A stretch of 64,000 nucleotides of DNA from an uncultured Anaerolineaceae bacterium. Lineage in GTDB: Bacteria; Chloroflexota; Limnocylindria; Limnocylindrales; CSP1-4. Positions 35,826 through 43,072 of this stretch are shown piece after piece. The notes beneath the pieces were generated by a model. It saw nothing but the letters and a program-made list of their open reading frames with translations. It was not told the origin of the DNA and did no database searches. How positions within the stretch are numbered: position 1 is the first letter of the stretch; every line of letters starts with the position of its first letter. Location: assembly GCA_964610835.1 (NCBI GenBank), contig CAZSWK010000001.1, positions 23,843-87,842 of the forward strand, written 5' to 3'. A program made the translations under genes and the position numbers.

Positions 35826-36755
35826 TCAGCGCCGCGTGCGCGCGGCGATGCGTTTGAGTGCCTCCTCCCAGCCCGCATCGAGCGGCGCGCCGGGGGTGTC
35901 GAGGTCGATCAGCAACGGCGCGTGATCCGATGGCACCGGTTGGCCCTTGCGCGCCTCGCGGTCGATCTCGGCCCAGATCACACGCTCGGCGACGGGCGGC
36001 GTGACCAGCAGATGGTCGATGCGCATGCCGAGGTTCTTATGAAAGTTGCCGGCGCGGTAGTCCCACCAGCTGAAGCGCTGCGGTTCGGGCCGCTGCGCCC
36101 GATAGGCGTCCACGAGACCCCACGCGAGCAGGGCGGCGAACGCCTCCCGCTCGGGCGCGGACACGTGCGTGCCGCCGTGCGCCTGGGCCTCGTTCCACAC
36201 GTCGATGGGCTGGGGGGCCACGTTCATGTCGCCGCCCAGGACGAGCGGTTCGGCAGGCTGAGTCTTGTCGGCCAGCCAGCGCCGCAGTCGCTCGTACCAC
36301 TCCAGCTTGCCGGTGTAGAAGGGCGATCCCACCTCGCGGCCGTTGGGCGCGTAAAGGCAGACAAAGCGGATGCCGCCGACCAGCGCGCTGACCATACGCG
36401 CCTCATCGAAGGGATCGAAGTCCTCCTCGGCGGAGCTGGTGTCTGCGCCGGCGGCGCTGTTGCGCACCGGGCCGTCGCCGAAGTTGGTCACGATGCTCGC
36501 GGGATCGACCGCCAAACGACTGGCGATGGCCACGCCGTTCCAGCGGCCCTCGCCGTGGTGGATGAGTTCGTAGCCGCGCATCTGGAAGGGGAGGAAAGGC
36601 GCATCGTCATCGGCAAGCTTGGTCTCCTGCATGAGCAGGACGTCGGGCTGGCCGCGCTCCAACCAGTCGAGCACGCGGTCCATGCGCGCCTTGAGCGAGT
36701 TGACATTCCAGGTGGCGATACGCACCCGACGATTATCGGCGACTGCCACAGACAC
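35826..36755 (-). CDS. xthA: exodeoxyribonuclease III
   Basis: 'RIATWNVNSLKARMDRVLDWLERGQPDVLLMQETKL' and 'WDYRAGNFHKNLGMRIDHLLV...SDHAPLLIDL' are EEP-family ExoIII motifs. Confidence 0.9.
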   Translation of the reverse strand: MSVAVADNRRVRIATWNVNSLKARMDRVLDWLERGQPDVLLMQETKLADDDAPFLPFQMRGYELIHHGEGRWNGVAIASRLAVDPASIVTNFGDGPVRNSAAGADTSSAEEDFDPFDEARMVSALVGGIRFVCLYAPNGREVGSPFYTGKLEWYERLRRWLADKTQPAEPLVLGGDMNVAPQPIDVWNEAQAHGGTHVSAPEREAFAALLAWGLVDAYRAQRPEPQRFSWWDYRAGNFHKNLGMRIDHLLVTPPVAERVIWAEIDREARKGQPVPSDHAPLLIDLDTPGAPLDAGWEEALKRIAARTRR

Positions 36756-36793
36756 GCCACCCGCGCCTGCCCTGGTGGGGTAACAATGGCGTC

Positions 36794-37312
36794 GTGAACC
36801 CAGCCGACTCGGGGTATCCCGGCGAGATCCGCTTCCGCCGCCCGGTCGAGGGCGATCACGCGCGGCTGATCGGCACTGTCGACGCGTGGTGGGGTGGCCG
36901 TCCGCTGCACCACCTGCTGCACCGGCTGTGGTTCCAGCATTTCACGTCGACCTCGTGGCTGGCTGAGCGGGCCGACGGGACGCCGGCCGGCTTCCTCATT
37001 GGTCTTGTCAGCCAGGACGACTCAAGCGAGGCATACGTGCACATGGTTGCGGCCGACCCCGGACTGCGGCGCAGCGGCATCGGCCGCGAGCTGTACCGGC
37101 GCTTCCTGGCAGACGTCCGTGCCCGCGGCGTGCGACGGGTCACGGCGGTCACGTGGGCCGGCAACCGGGCGTCGATTGCCTTCCACACCGCGCTCGGCTT
37201 CGTGCTCGACGACGGCCCGGGCACGCTGCGCCTCGACGGAACGCCGGCCTATCCCGACTACGAGGGTGACGGGCGGGCCATCGCCGTGATGCGTCTTCCG
37301 CTCCAGGACTGA
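36794..37312 (+). CDS. GNAT family N-acetyltransferase
   Basis: 'VHMVAADPGLRRSGIGRELYRRFLADVRARGVRRVTAVTWAGNRASIAFHTALGF' is the motif A region. Confidence 0.75.
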   Translation: MNPADSGYPGEIRFRRPVEGDHARLIGTVDAWWGGRPLHHLLHRLWFQHFTSTSWLAERADGTPAGFLIGLVSQDDSSEAYVHMVAADPGLRRSGIGRELYRRFLADVRARGVRRVTAVTWAGNRASIAFHTALGFVLDDGPGTLRLDGTPAYPDYEGDGRAIAVMRLPLQD

Positions 37313-37345
37313 GGCTACCGCGAGCGGCTGTGAGCCGCGTGGCCG

Positions 37346-37834
37346 TCAGGCGAGCGGCGACCAGATCGAGGCCACGGCGACGACCACCAGCACCGCGTCG
37401 ATGACCAGGCCGAGGAGCAGCGTCGGGCCGAAGAACAGGCCCAGCAGGACGGCCGATAAGATGGCGCCGAGCACCACCAGCGCCGCCCAGGCGGCCGCCG
37501 GGACGAGCACGGGAATGGTCGCCAGCGCGGCAAGGGCGTAGATGACCATGGTCAGCGCCACGAGCGTGATGCCCAGCGGTCGCAGGCCGCCGCGATCGCC
37601 GAGCAGCCAGGAATGCTCGAGTCGGAACGGGTAGGCGAAGCCACCGGCCGGGACAGCCTGGCGCGCGGGACTGGGCATGACGTAGGCGATGTGCACCCAG
37701 CCGTGGCCGAACAGGAAGGCCGCGAACAGCCAGTTGCCGAGCTGGTTGTCGAGCGAGAGCAGGTATCCGATCAACGCGCCGAGCAGCGCGACGACGATCG
37801 CGAGCGGTCCGATCGCTCTGGCCAAAGCGAACAT
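37346..37834 (-). CDS. hypothetical integral membrane protein (~4 TM segments)
   Basis: The ATG at 37834 opens into 'MFALARAIGPLAIVVALLGALIGYLL', which is followed by three more hydrophobic segments. The upstream part of the ORF is Arg-rich and unlikely to be coding. Confidence 0.6.
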   Translation of the reverse strand: MFALARAIGPLAIVVALLGALIGYLLSLDNQLGNWLFAAFLFGHGWVHIAYVMPSPARQAVPAGGFAYPFRLEHSWLLGDRGGLRPLGITLVALTMVIYALAALATIPVLVPAAAWAALVVLGAILSAVLLGLFFGPTLLLGLVIDAVLVVVAVASIWSPLA

Positions 37835-37979
37835 CGCGTCACCTCCAGACGCGATCGTCGTCAGCCGCGCGCAAACGTGCGACTGCCATCCGGCGCTGGG
37901 CGAACCTGCCATCCGGCAGGTTCGCCTGCGAGGCACGTCGCCCGCGCCAGGCAAACGGCCCTCGCGCTATCGTTCGCCC

Positions 37980-39209
37980 ATGACCGCGACATACCGCTTT
38001 CCCGGCGCCGTCACAACCGAGCGCGAGCACACCGTGCCGCTCGACCACGCCAATCCGGCCGGTCCCGCCATCAGCGTTTTCACGCGCGAAGTGGCCGTGC
38101 CCGGCGGCGAAGACCGACCGTATCTGGTCTTCCTGCAGGGCGGGCCGGGCATGGAGGCCACCCGGCCGACCAGCCCGCCTTCGGGCTGGCTGAAGCGGGC
38201 CCTGGAGGACTACCGCGTGCTGCTGCTCGACCAGCGCGGCACGGGGCGCTCAACGCCGGTTGGGGCCCAGATACCCGGCGACACGGCGCAGGCGCAGGCC
38301 GACTACCTGAAGCATTTCCGTGCAGATTCGATCGTGCGCGATGCCGAGTTGATTCGCCAGGAGCTGGGCGTCGAGCGCTGGAGCATCCTGGGCCAGAGCT
38401 TCGGTGGCTTCACTTCTATCGCCTACCTGTCGATCGCACCAGCCGGCCTGCGGGAAGCGATGCTGACCGGTGGGCTGACGCCGGTCGGCCGGCCGGTCGA
38501 CGAGGTCTACAGCGCAACCTGGCAGCGCGCGATCCAGAAGAACCAGGAATACTTCGCCCGTTACCCGGAGGATCGCGAGCGGACGCGCCAGATCCTCGAT
38601 CGGCTCGACGCTGATGACGTGCGCCTGCCCAACGGGGATCGGCTGACCTCGCGCCGCTTCCGCCAGCTGGGCATGTGGCTGGGTGCCAGTGACGGTTTCG
38701 AGAAGCTGCACCACGTGCTGGAGCTGCCATTCGGCTCAAACTCCTTCCTGTACGACGCCCAGGCCGGTGCGTCGGGCTGGGAGCGCAACCCCATCTACGC
38801 GACGATGCACGAGTCCTCCTACGCCGACGGCGTGGCGACGCGCTGGTCGGCGGCGCGCACCATGCCGGCGCAGGTTGAGGAGCAGCGCTACTTCACTGCC
38901 GAGCATGTCTTCCCGTGGATGTGGGAGGACTATGCCGGCCTGCGGCCGCAGCGCGAGGTCGCGAACATCCTGGCCGAGTACGAGTGGCCGAAGCTCTATG
39001 ACGCGGAGGTTCTGCGCCACAACGAAGTCCCGGTGGCGGCGACGATCTATGCGTACGACCTGTACGTCGAGCGACAATTCGCCGAGGAGACTGCAGCGCT
39101 GGTGCGCGGTCTGCGGCCGTGGCTGACGAACGAGTACGAGCACAATGGCCTGCGTTTCGGCGACGAGGTCCTGGGGCGGCTGATCGACATGGTCAAGGGT
39201 CGCGCCTAG
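37980..39209 (+). CDS. alpha/beta hydrolase, proline iminopeptidase (S33) family
   Basis: The ATG is at 37980. 'YLVFLQGGPGMEA', 'VLLLDQRGTGRSTP' and the nucleophile elbow 'ILGQSFGGF' are present. The length is 409 aa. Confidence 0.8.
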   Translation: MTATYRFPGAVTTEREHTVPLDHANPAGPAISVFTREVAVPGGEDRPYLVFLQGGPGMEATRPTSPPSGWLKRALEDYRVLLLDQRGTGRSTPVGAQIPGDTAQAQADYLKHFRADSIVRDAELIRQELGVERWSILGQSFGGFTSIAYLSIAPAGLREAMLTGGLTPVGRPVDEVYSATWQRAIQKNQEYFARYPEDRERTRQILDRLDADDVRLPNGDRLTSRRFRQLGMWLGASDGFEKLHHVLELPFGSNSFLYDAQAGASGWERNPIYATMHESSYADGVATRWSAARTMPAQVEEQRYFTAEHVFPWMWEDYAGLRPQREVANILAEYEWPKLYDAEVLRHNEVPVAATIYAYDLYVERQFAEETAALVRGLRPWLTNEYEHNGLRFGDEVLGRLIDMVKGRA

Positions 39210-39519
39210 TCACCGTTCGCTGTGCCAACCGCTCGGCATCGGCTCCAGGTCCGTCTGCCTGGGTCATCGCTGAGTCGTTGATGCGCACCGGGGATCGAGA
39301 TTGGCGATTGCCTGAATGGACGTGGTCCCCAATTGCCGTGGGCACGGAAGTCACCCGCACGAACCGCTGCTGAGCGATGCGGCACGTGCATCAGCGTTCG
39401 TCGGGGCGGTGCCCCGACGTGGACGCTCAGGTAACCTGTCTCGAGTCATGACCATTCCGCTCGGCGGACGGGCGTTGAACGCCTGGTTCGCCACGATCAC
39501 GCGCCAGAACGGCTGATCG

Positions 39520-39614
39520 GCCCCTTCCCAAGACTGCGTCGGAGGAAGGGGCGAGACATGACGCAGGCTGCCGCCACGCCGGTCGGGCGTGCGCGCCGCG
39601 TCGTCTCGCCGTAG
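39520..39614 (+). promoter_or_regulatory. structured leader with an 18-codon uORF upstream of the GTPase gene
   Basis: Stem A pairs 'gccccttcc' (39520-28) with 'ggaaggggc' (39544-52), covering the SD GGAGGAAGGGG. The uORF runs from ATG 39558 to TAG 39612-14 (MTQAAATPVGRARRVVSP). Stem B pairs 'ggcgagac' (39550-57) with 'gtctcgcc' (39603-10). Stem B overlaps stem A by 3 nt, so they may be alternative structures. Confidence 0.4.
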
Positions 39615-39629
39615 CGCGAGGAGTTGGTC

Positions 39630-40562
39630 ATGCCGATGCCGCACAGGACTTTCGCCCAGCTGGCGAAACGCCGCCTGACAGGCACCGAGGGCAAGGAAAG
39701 AATCCGGGTGGTGCGCGAGTTGCTCGCCCAGCTGCCCGACTACCGCAACGGGCCTTACGCGGACCTGCGCAAATGGCTGACGTCGGAGATCGAGGACACG
39801 CGCGTTCGCGCGCGGGCGGTGCATCGCGACTCGATCGCTGTGCGCCGCGAGGGTGCCGCCCAGATCGTCCTCGTGGGGCCGCCCAACGTGGGCAAGTCCT
39901 CGCTGCTGCAGGCACTCTCCGAGATCCAGATCAAGACCGGCGACTACCCGTTCACCACGCTGCGGCCGGTGCCGGCGCTGACGCGCATCGGCGGCGTGCT
40001 GGTGCAGCTGGTCGAGATCCCGGGGCTGATCGAGGGTGCGGCCGACGATCGTGGCGGCGGCCGGGCGCTGCTGGGCGTGCTGCGCGGCGCCGACGGCATC
40101 GCCTACTGCATGCGTGCGGCCGGCGATCCGGCCGACCTGCGGGCGGTGCAGGCGGAAATAGGGCGTGCCGGCATCGAACTGCCGGCCTTCGTCGCGGCCA
40201 CGCGTGCCGATGAGGCCACCGACCAGGACTTCGAACGCCTGCGGCACACCTTCCGCGATCTCGACGTGGTGCCCGTCTCAGTGCTCGACGACGCCTCGCT
40301 CGATGCCTTTCGCGAGCATGTCTGGCGGCTCACCGGCCTGATTCGCGTTTACCTTCACAGCAACGGCGCCGTCGAGGAAACGCCGCTGGCCCTGCCACCG
40401 CCGGCGACGGTGAGCGACGTGGCCGACGCGGTTCACCATGAGCTGGCGGAGACGTTCGTTGGTGCTCGCCTGTGGGGGCCGTCGGCGCGTTTCGAGGGCC
40501 AGCGGGTGGGCCGGACGCAGACGGTCCAGGACGGCGACGTGGTCGAGATAATCGGCCCATGA
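39630..40562 (+). CDS. OBG-HflX-like GTPase of the DRG/Rbg type with a C-terminal TGS domain
   Basis: A GAGGAG RBS lies 6 nt before the ATG at 39630. G1 is 'VLVGPPNVGKSSLL', G2 is 'YPFTTL' and G3 is 'VEIPGLIEGA'. The C-terminus 'VGRTQTVQDGDVVEII' is TGS-like. Confidence 0.85.
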   Translation: MPMPHRTFAQLAKRRLTGTEGKERIRVVRELLAQLPDYRNGPYADLRKWLTSEIEDTRVRARAVHRDSIAVRREGAAQIVLVGPPNVGKSSLLQALSEIQIKTGDYPFTTLRPVPALTRIGGVLVQLVEIPGLIEGAADDRGGGRALLGVLRGADGIAYCMRAAGDPADLRAVQAEIGRAGIELPAFVAATRADEATDQDFERLRHTFRDLDVVPVSVLDDASLDAFREHVWRLTGLIRVYLHSNGAVEETPLALPPPATVSDVADAVHHELAETFVGARLWGPSARFEGQRVGRTQTVQDGDVVEIIGP

Positions 40563-40984
40563 CACTCGAGGCCAACAAGGAACTCGTCCGCCGGTTCGTC
40601 AAGGAGGTTTTCCAGGAACGCCGGCCCGCGGCAGTCGACGAGATGGTCGCGGCCGGCTTCGTGTCGCACACCTGGCCGGCAGTCGACGGCAACAGCAGGG
40701 CGTACCTGCGCCAGGCAGCCGAACGAATGTCCACGATGCCCGGTGAGGTGTCGTTCGCGGTCGAGGACCTGATTGCAGAGGGCGACCGTGTGGCCGCGCG
40801 ACTGCACGTCAAGGCATCGATGGGCGACAAGGGCTACGAGATTGGCGAGATCCACATATTCCGCGTGCGCGACGGGCTGATCGTCGAGCACTGGCACCAG
40901 TACGACGCGCTGGGCATGCAGCGCCAGCTCGAGCCGGATCCGGATGCCTTCACCACGAATCGCCGGGGCGCCAGTCGCAGCTGA
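40559..40984 (+). CDS. SnoaL-like ester cyclase family protein
   Basis: The start overlaps the GTPase stop (ATGA). 'NKELVRRFVKEVFQERRPAAVDEMVAAGFVSH...IAEGDRVAARLHVKA...IFRVRDGLIVEHW' is the typical SnoaL pattern. The C-terminal tail overlaps the convergent AAC gene by 35 nt. Confidence 0.75.
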   Translation: MTLEANKELVRRFVKEVFQERRPAAVDEMVAAGFVSHTWPAVDGNSRAYLRQAAERMSTMPGEVSFAVEDLIAEGDRVAARLHVKASMGDKGYEIGEIHIFRVRDGLIVEHWHQYDALGMQRQLEPDPDAFTTNRRGASRS

Positions 40985-41513
40985 TCGGCGCGTCGAGGTC
41001 CAGGGCAGGGGAGGCGGCTGTGGCCAGCACCATGATGTAGCCGTCCTCGTCGGCGGAGCGCTCGAGGCCGTGCTCCGTGCGTACGAAGGTGGGTCCTCGC
41101 CACGTGCGCCAGCCCAGCCGTTCGTAGAAGCCGTGGCTGCCCGTGCCCAGCGCCCCGAGCTCGAAAGTGGCCGCGATGTACTCGTCGGCCGCGCGCATCA
41201 CGGCGCTTCCGAAGCCCTGGCGCTGGCGCCCGGGTAAGGTGGCCACGGCCTCGACGTAGCCTGTGCGCAGCGGAACGCCGGCGACGTGCAGAGCGCGCTC
41301 GACGACCGCGGCATGAGCCACCAGTGTTTCCCGATCATGCGCCAGGAAGTGCAGGCCGCCCAGGGCATGGTGCCAGTCGTCGTCGGTGAAGCCACCGTGC
41401 GCGTGGCCCGCGAAAGCGGCGCGGAGCAGCTCACCGAGCGCGGCCACGTCGGCGGCCGCCAGGCCGGCACTTGGTACTCGGCGCACCTCGACCATGGCCC
41501 AAGTGTCGGGCAT
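40950..41513 (-). CDS. aminoglycoside 2'-N-acetyltransferase, AAC(2')-I family homologue
   Basis: From memory of mycobacterial AAC(2')-Ic, the match is close: 'FTDDDWHHALGGLHFL', 'GYVEAVATLPGRQRQGFGSAVM', 'LGALGTGSHGFYERLGW' and the C-terminus 'CDWRPGDSW'. The start is ambiguous (41513 or 41495). Confidence 0.8.
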   Translation of the reverse strand: MPDTWAMVEVRRVPSAGLAAADVAALGELLRAAFAGHAHGGFTDDDWHHALGGLHFLAHDRETLVAHAAVVERALHVAGVPLRTGYVEAVATLPGRQRQGFGSAVMRAADEYIAATFELGALGTGSHGFYERLGWRTWRGPTFVRTEHGLERSADEDGYIMVLATAASPALDLDAPISCDWRPGDSW

Positions 41514-42672
41514 CGGCCGTTCTGGCCGTCGCACTCATACTCTGTTGGTGGCGAGCGATGCGCGGCTGCTGGTGATCATCGGGTCGGGTGAGCTGGCGCC
41601 GGGCATGCGCCGTGTGCACCGCGAGGTGATCGCCCGGCTGGCAGGCGAGCGAGGCGACCCGCGCACGCTCGCCGCCGTCGCCATCGACACGCCTTATGGC
41701 TTCCAGGAGAACGCCGACGCGCTGACGGCCGAGACGCTCGACTACTTCGGGCGGCTGGGCCTCGACATGGAGGCGGCATCGTTGCGCCGCGCGGATGTCG
41801 ATGCCCTGGTGCGCGAAACGGCGCTGGCGCGCATCCGCGCGGCCGATCTCGTCTTCAGTGGACCTGGCAGCCCGACCTATGCCCTGCGCCACTGGCGCGA
41901 CACGACCATCCCCGGCCTGCTGGCGGACAAGTTGCTGAACGGCGGCGCGCTCGTGGTCGCCAGCGCCGCCGCGCTGACACTCGGCCGCTACACGGTGCCG
42001 GTCTACGAGATCTACAAGACGGGCGCGGATCCGTACTGGGCCGACGGCCTGGACGTGTTGTCACGGGTGGGCCTGGACGCCGCCGTGGTGCCGCATTGGG
42101 ATAACCGCGAGGGCGGTAATCACGACACGCGCTACTGCTTCCTTGGCGAGAGGCGGTTGCGAGCGCTCGAGGCTCGTTTGCCGGACGGCGCCGTAGTCCT
42201 CGGCGTCGACGAGCACACCGCGCTCATCGTCGAGCTCCGGGAAGAGCGCGCGTGGGTGCGTGGACGCGGCAGCGTCACCGTTCGGCGCGACGGTCACGAG
42301 ACTACATTTCCGGCGGGCGCCGAGATCGCGCTCGCGGAGTTGCGCACCGCCGCCGGGTTGGCAGGGCGCGATATCGCGGCCGAGGTAACTTCGGCACCAC
42401 ACCGGAGGACGGCGGCGATCGACGACAGCGGCGATCTGGCCCGGCGGGTGCTGCAGCTGGAGGCGGAAATCGGGCGCCTGGGTCAGCGGGCGGAGCTCGC
42501 CGAGCCGCTGGTCGAGGCGCTGCTGGAGGTTCGGAGCGCGGCGCGCGTCGCGGAGGACTGGGCGTTGGCCGACCAGATTCGGGATCGACTGCATGGACTG
42601 GGGGTCGAGTTGGCGGATGCCGCCGACGGGGCCACGGTCTTCCGCCTGCCGCACGATCAGCGGCAAGCCTGA
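41494..42672 (+). CDS. peptidase S51/cyanophycinase-like (class I GATase-like fold) protein fused to a CysRS-type C-terminal helical domain
   Basis: The N-terminal ~300 aa follow the S51 layout: 'LLVIIGSGE', 'AVAIDTPYGF', 'ADLVFSGPGSPTYAL', 'GGALVVASAAAL', 'VVPHWDNREGG', 'VLGVDEHTALIV'. The C-terminus 'LLEVRSAARVAEDWALADQIRDRLHGLGVELADAADGATVF' resembles the extreme C-terminus of cysteinyl-tRNA synthetases. The start is uncertain: the ATG at 41494 shares a CCATGG with the divergent AAC gene, and downstream TTG/GTG starts are possible. Confidence 0.6.
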   Translation: MAQVSGIGRSGRRTHTLLVASDARLLVIIGSGELAPGMRRVHREVIARLAGERGDPRTLAAVAIDTPYGFQENADALTAETLDYFGRLGLDMEAASLRRADVDALVRETALARIRAADLVFSGPGSPTYALRHWRDTTIPGLLADKLLNGGALVVASAAALTLGRYTVPVYEIYKTGADPYWADGLDVLSRVGLDAAVVPHWDNREGGNHDTRYCFLGERRLRALEARLPDGAVVLGVDEHTALIVELREERAWVRGRGSVTVRRDGHETTFPAGAEIALAELRTAAGLAGRDIAAEVTSAPHRRTAAIDDSGDLARRVLQLEAEIGRLGQRAELAEPLVEALLEVRSAARVAEDWALADQIRDRLHGLGVELADAADGATVFRLPHDQRQA

Positions 42673-42679
42673 CGCTGCC

Positions 42680-43051
42680 TCATTTGCGCCGGCCCAACTT
42701 CGTCCTCACCTCCGCGAGGCGCAGCTCGATGATGCGCGTGACGAGCCGGTCGGGGAGTGGCCGTTCAGCCGTGAACTGCAGGGTGGCTTTGCCGCTGACG
42801 TAAGGGGTGAGCTCGTCGGCCAGACGCTCCATCACCGCGTAGCTGGCGGGGAAGAGGCTGAAGTGGTCGCGGAAGGCCGCGTAGTAGACGAGCCGCCGAC
42901 CGTCCCACTTGAACGCCGGCATCCGGTAGCTGATGACCTCGGTCGCCTCGGGCGCCGCGCCAGCAATCGTCGCGCGCAGGTGGTCGAGGACCACCCGCTG
43001 TGCTGATGACAGACGCGCAAGGTAGGCCGCGACGTCCGGATCGCTGGTCAC
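42680..43051 (-). CDS. DUF1801 (YdhG-like) domain protein
   Basis: 'VAAYLARLSSAQRVVLDHLRATIAGAAPEATEVISYRMPAFKWDGRRLVYYAAFRDHFSLFP' is the typical DUF1801 pattern. Confidence 0.75.
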   Translation of the reverse strand: MTSDPDVAAYLARLSSAQRVVLDHLRATIAGAAPEATEVISYRMPAFKWDGRRLVYYAAFRDHFSLFPASYAVMERLADELTPYVSGKATLQFTAERPLPDRLVTRIIELRLAEVRTKLGRRK

Positions 43052-43072
43052 CTTGTACTGGCGCGCACTTAC

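Noticed and set aside
35739-36797. A 352-aa plus-strand ORF across xthA.
   Set aside because: The minus strand encodes a textbook exonuclease III. The plus-frame product has no recognisable features.
41493-41496. Divergent AAC(2') and S51-like genes appear to share a CCATGG in which both ATG start codons overlap.
   Set aside because: This is most likely a start-codon assignment ambiguity. AAC could start at 41513 or 41495, and the S51-like gene could start at a downstream TTG/GTG near 41540-41550. It is probably not a real overlapping divergent pair, and sequence alone cannot settle it.
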